Assembly (NCBI RefSeq): GCF_009914755.1
Contig: NC_060946.1
DNA: 64,000 nucleotides
Reading direction: 5' to 3' (one strand)
From: the human T2T-CHM13v2.0 reference genome, Homo sapiens
Below are positions 62,639 through 64,000 of this stretch, piece after piece. Each line of letters starts with the position of its first letter. Position 1 is the first letter of the stretch. The translations under genes and the position numbers were made by a program. Below the pieces are notes generated by a model that was not told where the DNA came from, did no database searches, and saw only the letters and a program-made list of their open reading frames with translations.

Positions 62639-63816
62639 GCCAGGAAAACTAGGGCTTCCCTGAGGACAGTCCTGTATGAAAAGGAAGCTGTAGGCCTAGG
62701 GTAGGGCCTGATCCAAGATTAGTGATAGTGGGTAACCGGATGGAGCCAATAAATATTCAACTCAGGACACTGTGTCAGAGCTAACTTATGTCAACTTTCC
62801 CTCCTGCATGGTAGGAACATTCCCTTCTTTCTGCATCTGAAACCATCCAAGTAACTTCATAGCATGTAGAGGACTACTTGCAGGCAAGAACTCTTTAAAA
62901 CTTTTTTAGCAAAGGGGAATGCCTTAAGCTTGCATTATGAAAACTGTTTAAGAGAAGGTTCTGCCACTATTCCCTCCCTGCCCTATTTTCATTCTTTAGG
63001 CTAGCTACAAGAATGTAGCTAGAATTGGGTTGGTCAATTCAGACCACATACCTCCTTGGCTCAGGAGGAGAAAGTAGGGACCAAAGTGCCTGGATGACTC
63101 CTTTGAATGAGGTTCAGAGGAAGTTTCAGATGAAACCTTTTATTCCTAAACTCAGTACTTCTCACAGTGTATGATGTAGCATTCTGTAGGATGCTAGTAA
63201 ATGTTGTGGAAGCAGGGCTAAATAAGTTAAATAAGTGTAGGAGATGATTGATTAGGGTTAAATAAAGTTAAATAGGTTTTGATATATCAGTGTGCACAGT
63301 GAATCTCAAAGGTGGTTACGGCTTCCAACACTGTCAGAACGATTTGCCCCTTTTCCCCCAGGACTCTAATAGGATATTGCTTGTCCCTTCAGTTTGAGTC
63401 CTCACTGGCTTTGGTCTGCACTTCCTCAGCTCTCCACCTCTAATGCAGGATCCACTACGTGAAAATGAAGATTTGCTCCTTAGTCCTTCAGTGGTTTTTG
63501 AGGCTTTGCTGGTTTGAACCAGTGAAATCCTATGGACACAGCGCAGCTGCTCAGCAGGAGGCTCTGGGGAGCGCGCAGACTCTCATCTCAGAAATGCTGA
63601 TAAAAATCACCCTCAGAATCGCAACCTTCCTCCCTTCTGCTTTGAAGCACTAGAGTTCTCTTCTTATTCATAATCCAACAGAAAGTAAGTTTATTAAAAA
63701 CCACTTAATTTAAAATCCCCTGCTGATTTTACCTGGGACTCACTTTTGATCATATAAATGAAAAGGTTCTGTAATCCAGCTTTTGCTTTTTAAATTATTT
63801 CTTCCTGAAAGCTTTT

Positions 63817-63851
63817 TGAGAGAGAAAGACAGAGTGAGAGACAGAGAGAGT

Positions 63852-63899
<48 letters not shown>
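63817..63899. repeat. (GA)n microsatellite
   Basis: Pure GA run at about 63855-63899, preceded by degenerate units. Confidence 0.97.
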
Positions 63900-63902
<3 letters not shown>

Positions 63903-64000
63903 GGAAGGAGGGAGGGGTGGGAGAGAAAGTGGAAATCCTTCCATCTCAAACCTTCCCTAACTTGGCTGGGTTTTTCTCAAGTGTGAATGGAATGGGGTGT

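Overview
Primate (most likely human) genomic DNA lying wholly inside LARGE1, the xylosyl-/glucuronyl-transferase that builds matriglycan on alpha-dystroglycan, transcribed on the minus strand. Three internal coding exons with canonical AG/GT sites splice in frame: 54615-54503 (113 nt), 52355-52230 (126 nt) and 12669-12514 (156 nt). They read [38 protein letters not shown]|[42 protein letters not shown]|[52 protein letters not shown]. The rest is intron, dense with about 37 Alus, MaLR/ERVL/ERV1 LTRs, a decayed MER4-group provirus, L1/L2/MIR fragments and Charlie, Tigger1 and MADE1 DNA transposons. Nearly all ORFs in the supplied track are repeat-derived or chance. I found no new gene or multi-gene system. 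The most notable signals are structural: an L1 with both a twin-priming inversion and a 3' transduction; a TSD-less chimeric AluY that may mark an Alu-Alu deletion; a 191-bp templated copy that made a three-armed Alu; and an old templated insertion into a hairpin. Repeat subfamily names come from recalled consensus sequences and need RepeatMasker/Dfam confirmation; boundaries of old repeats are approximate.
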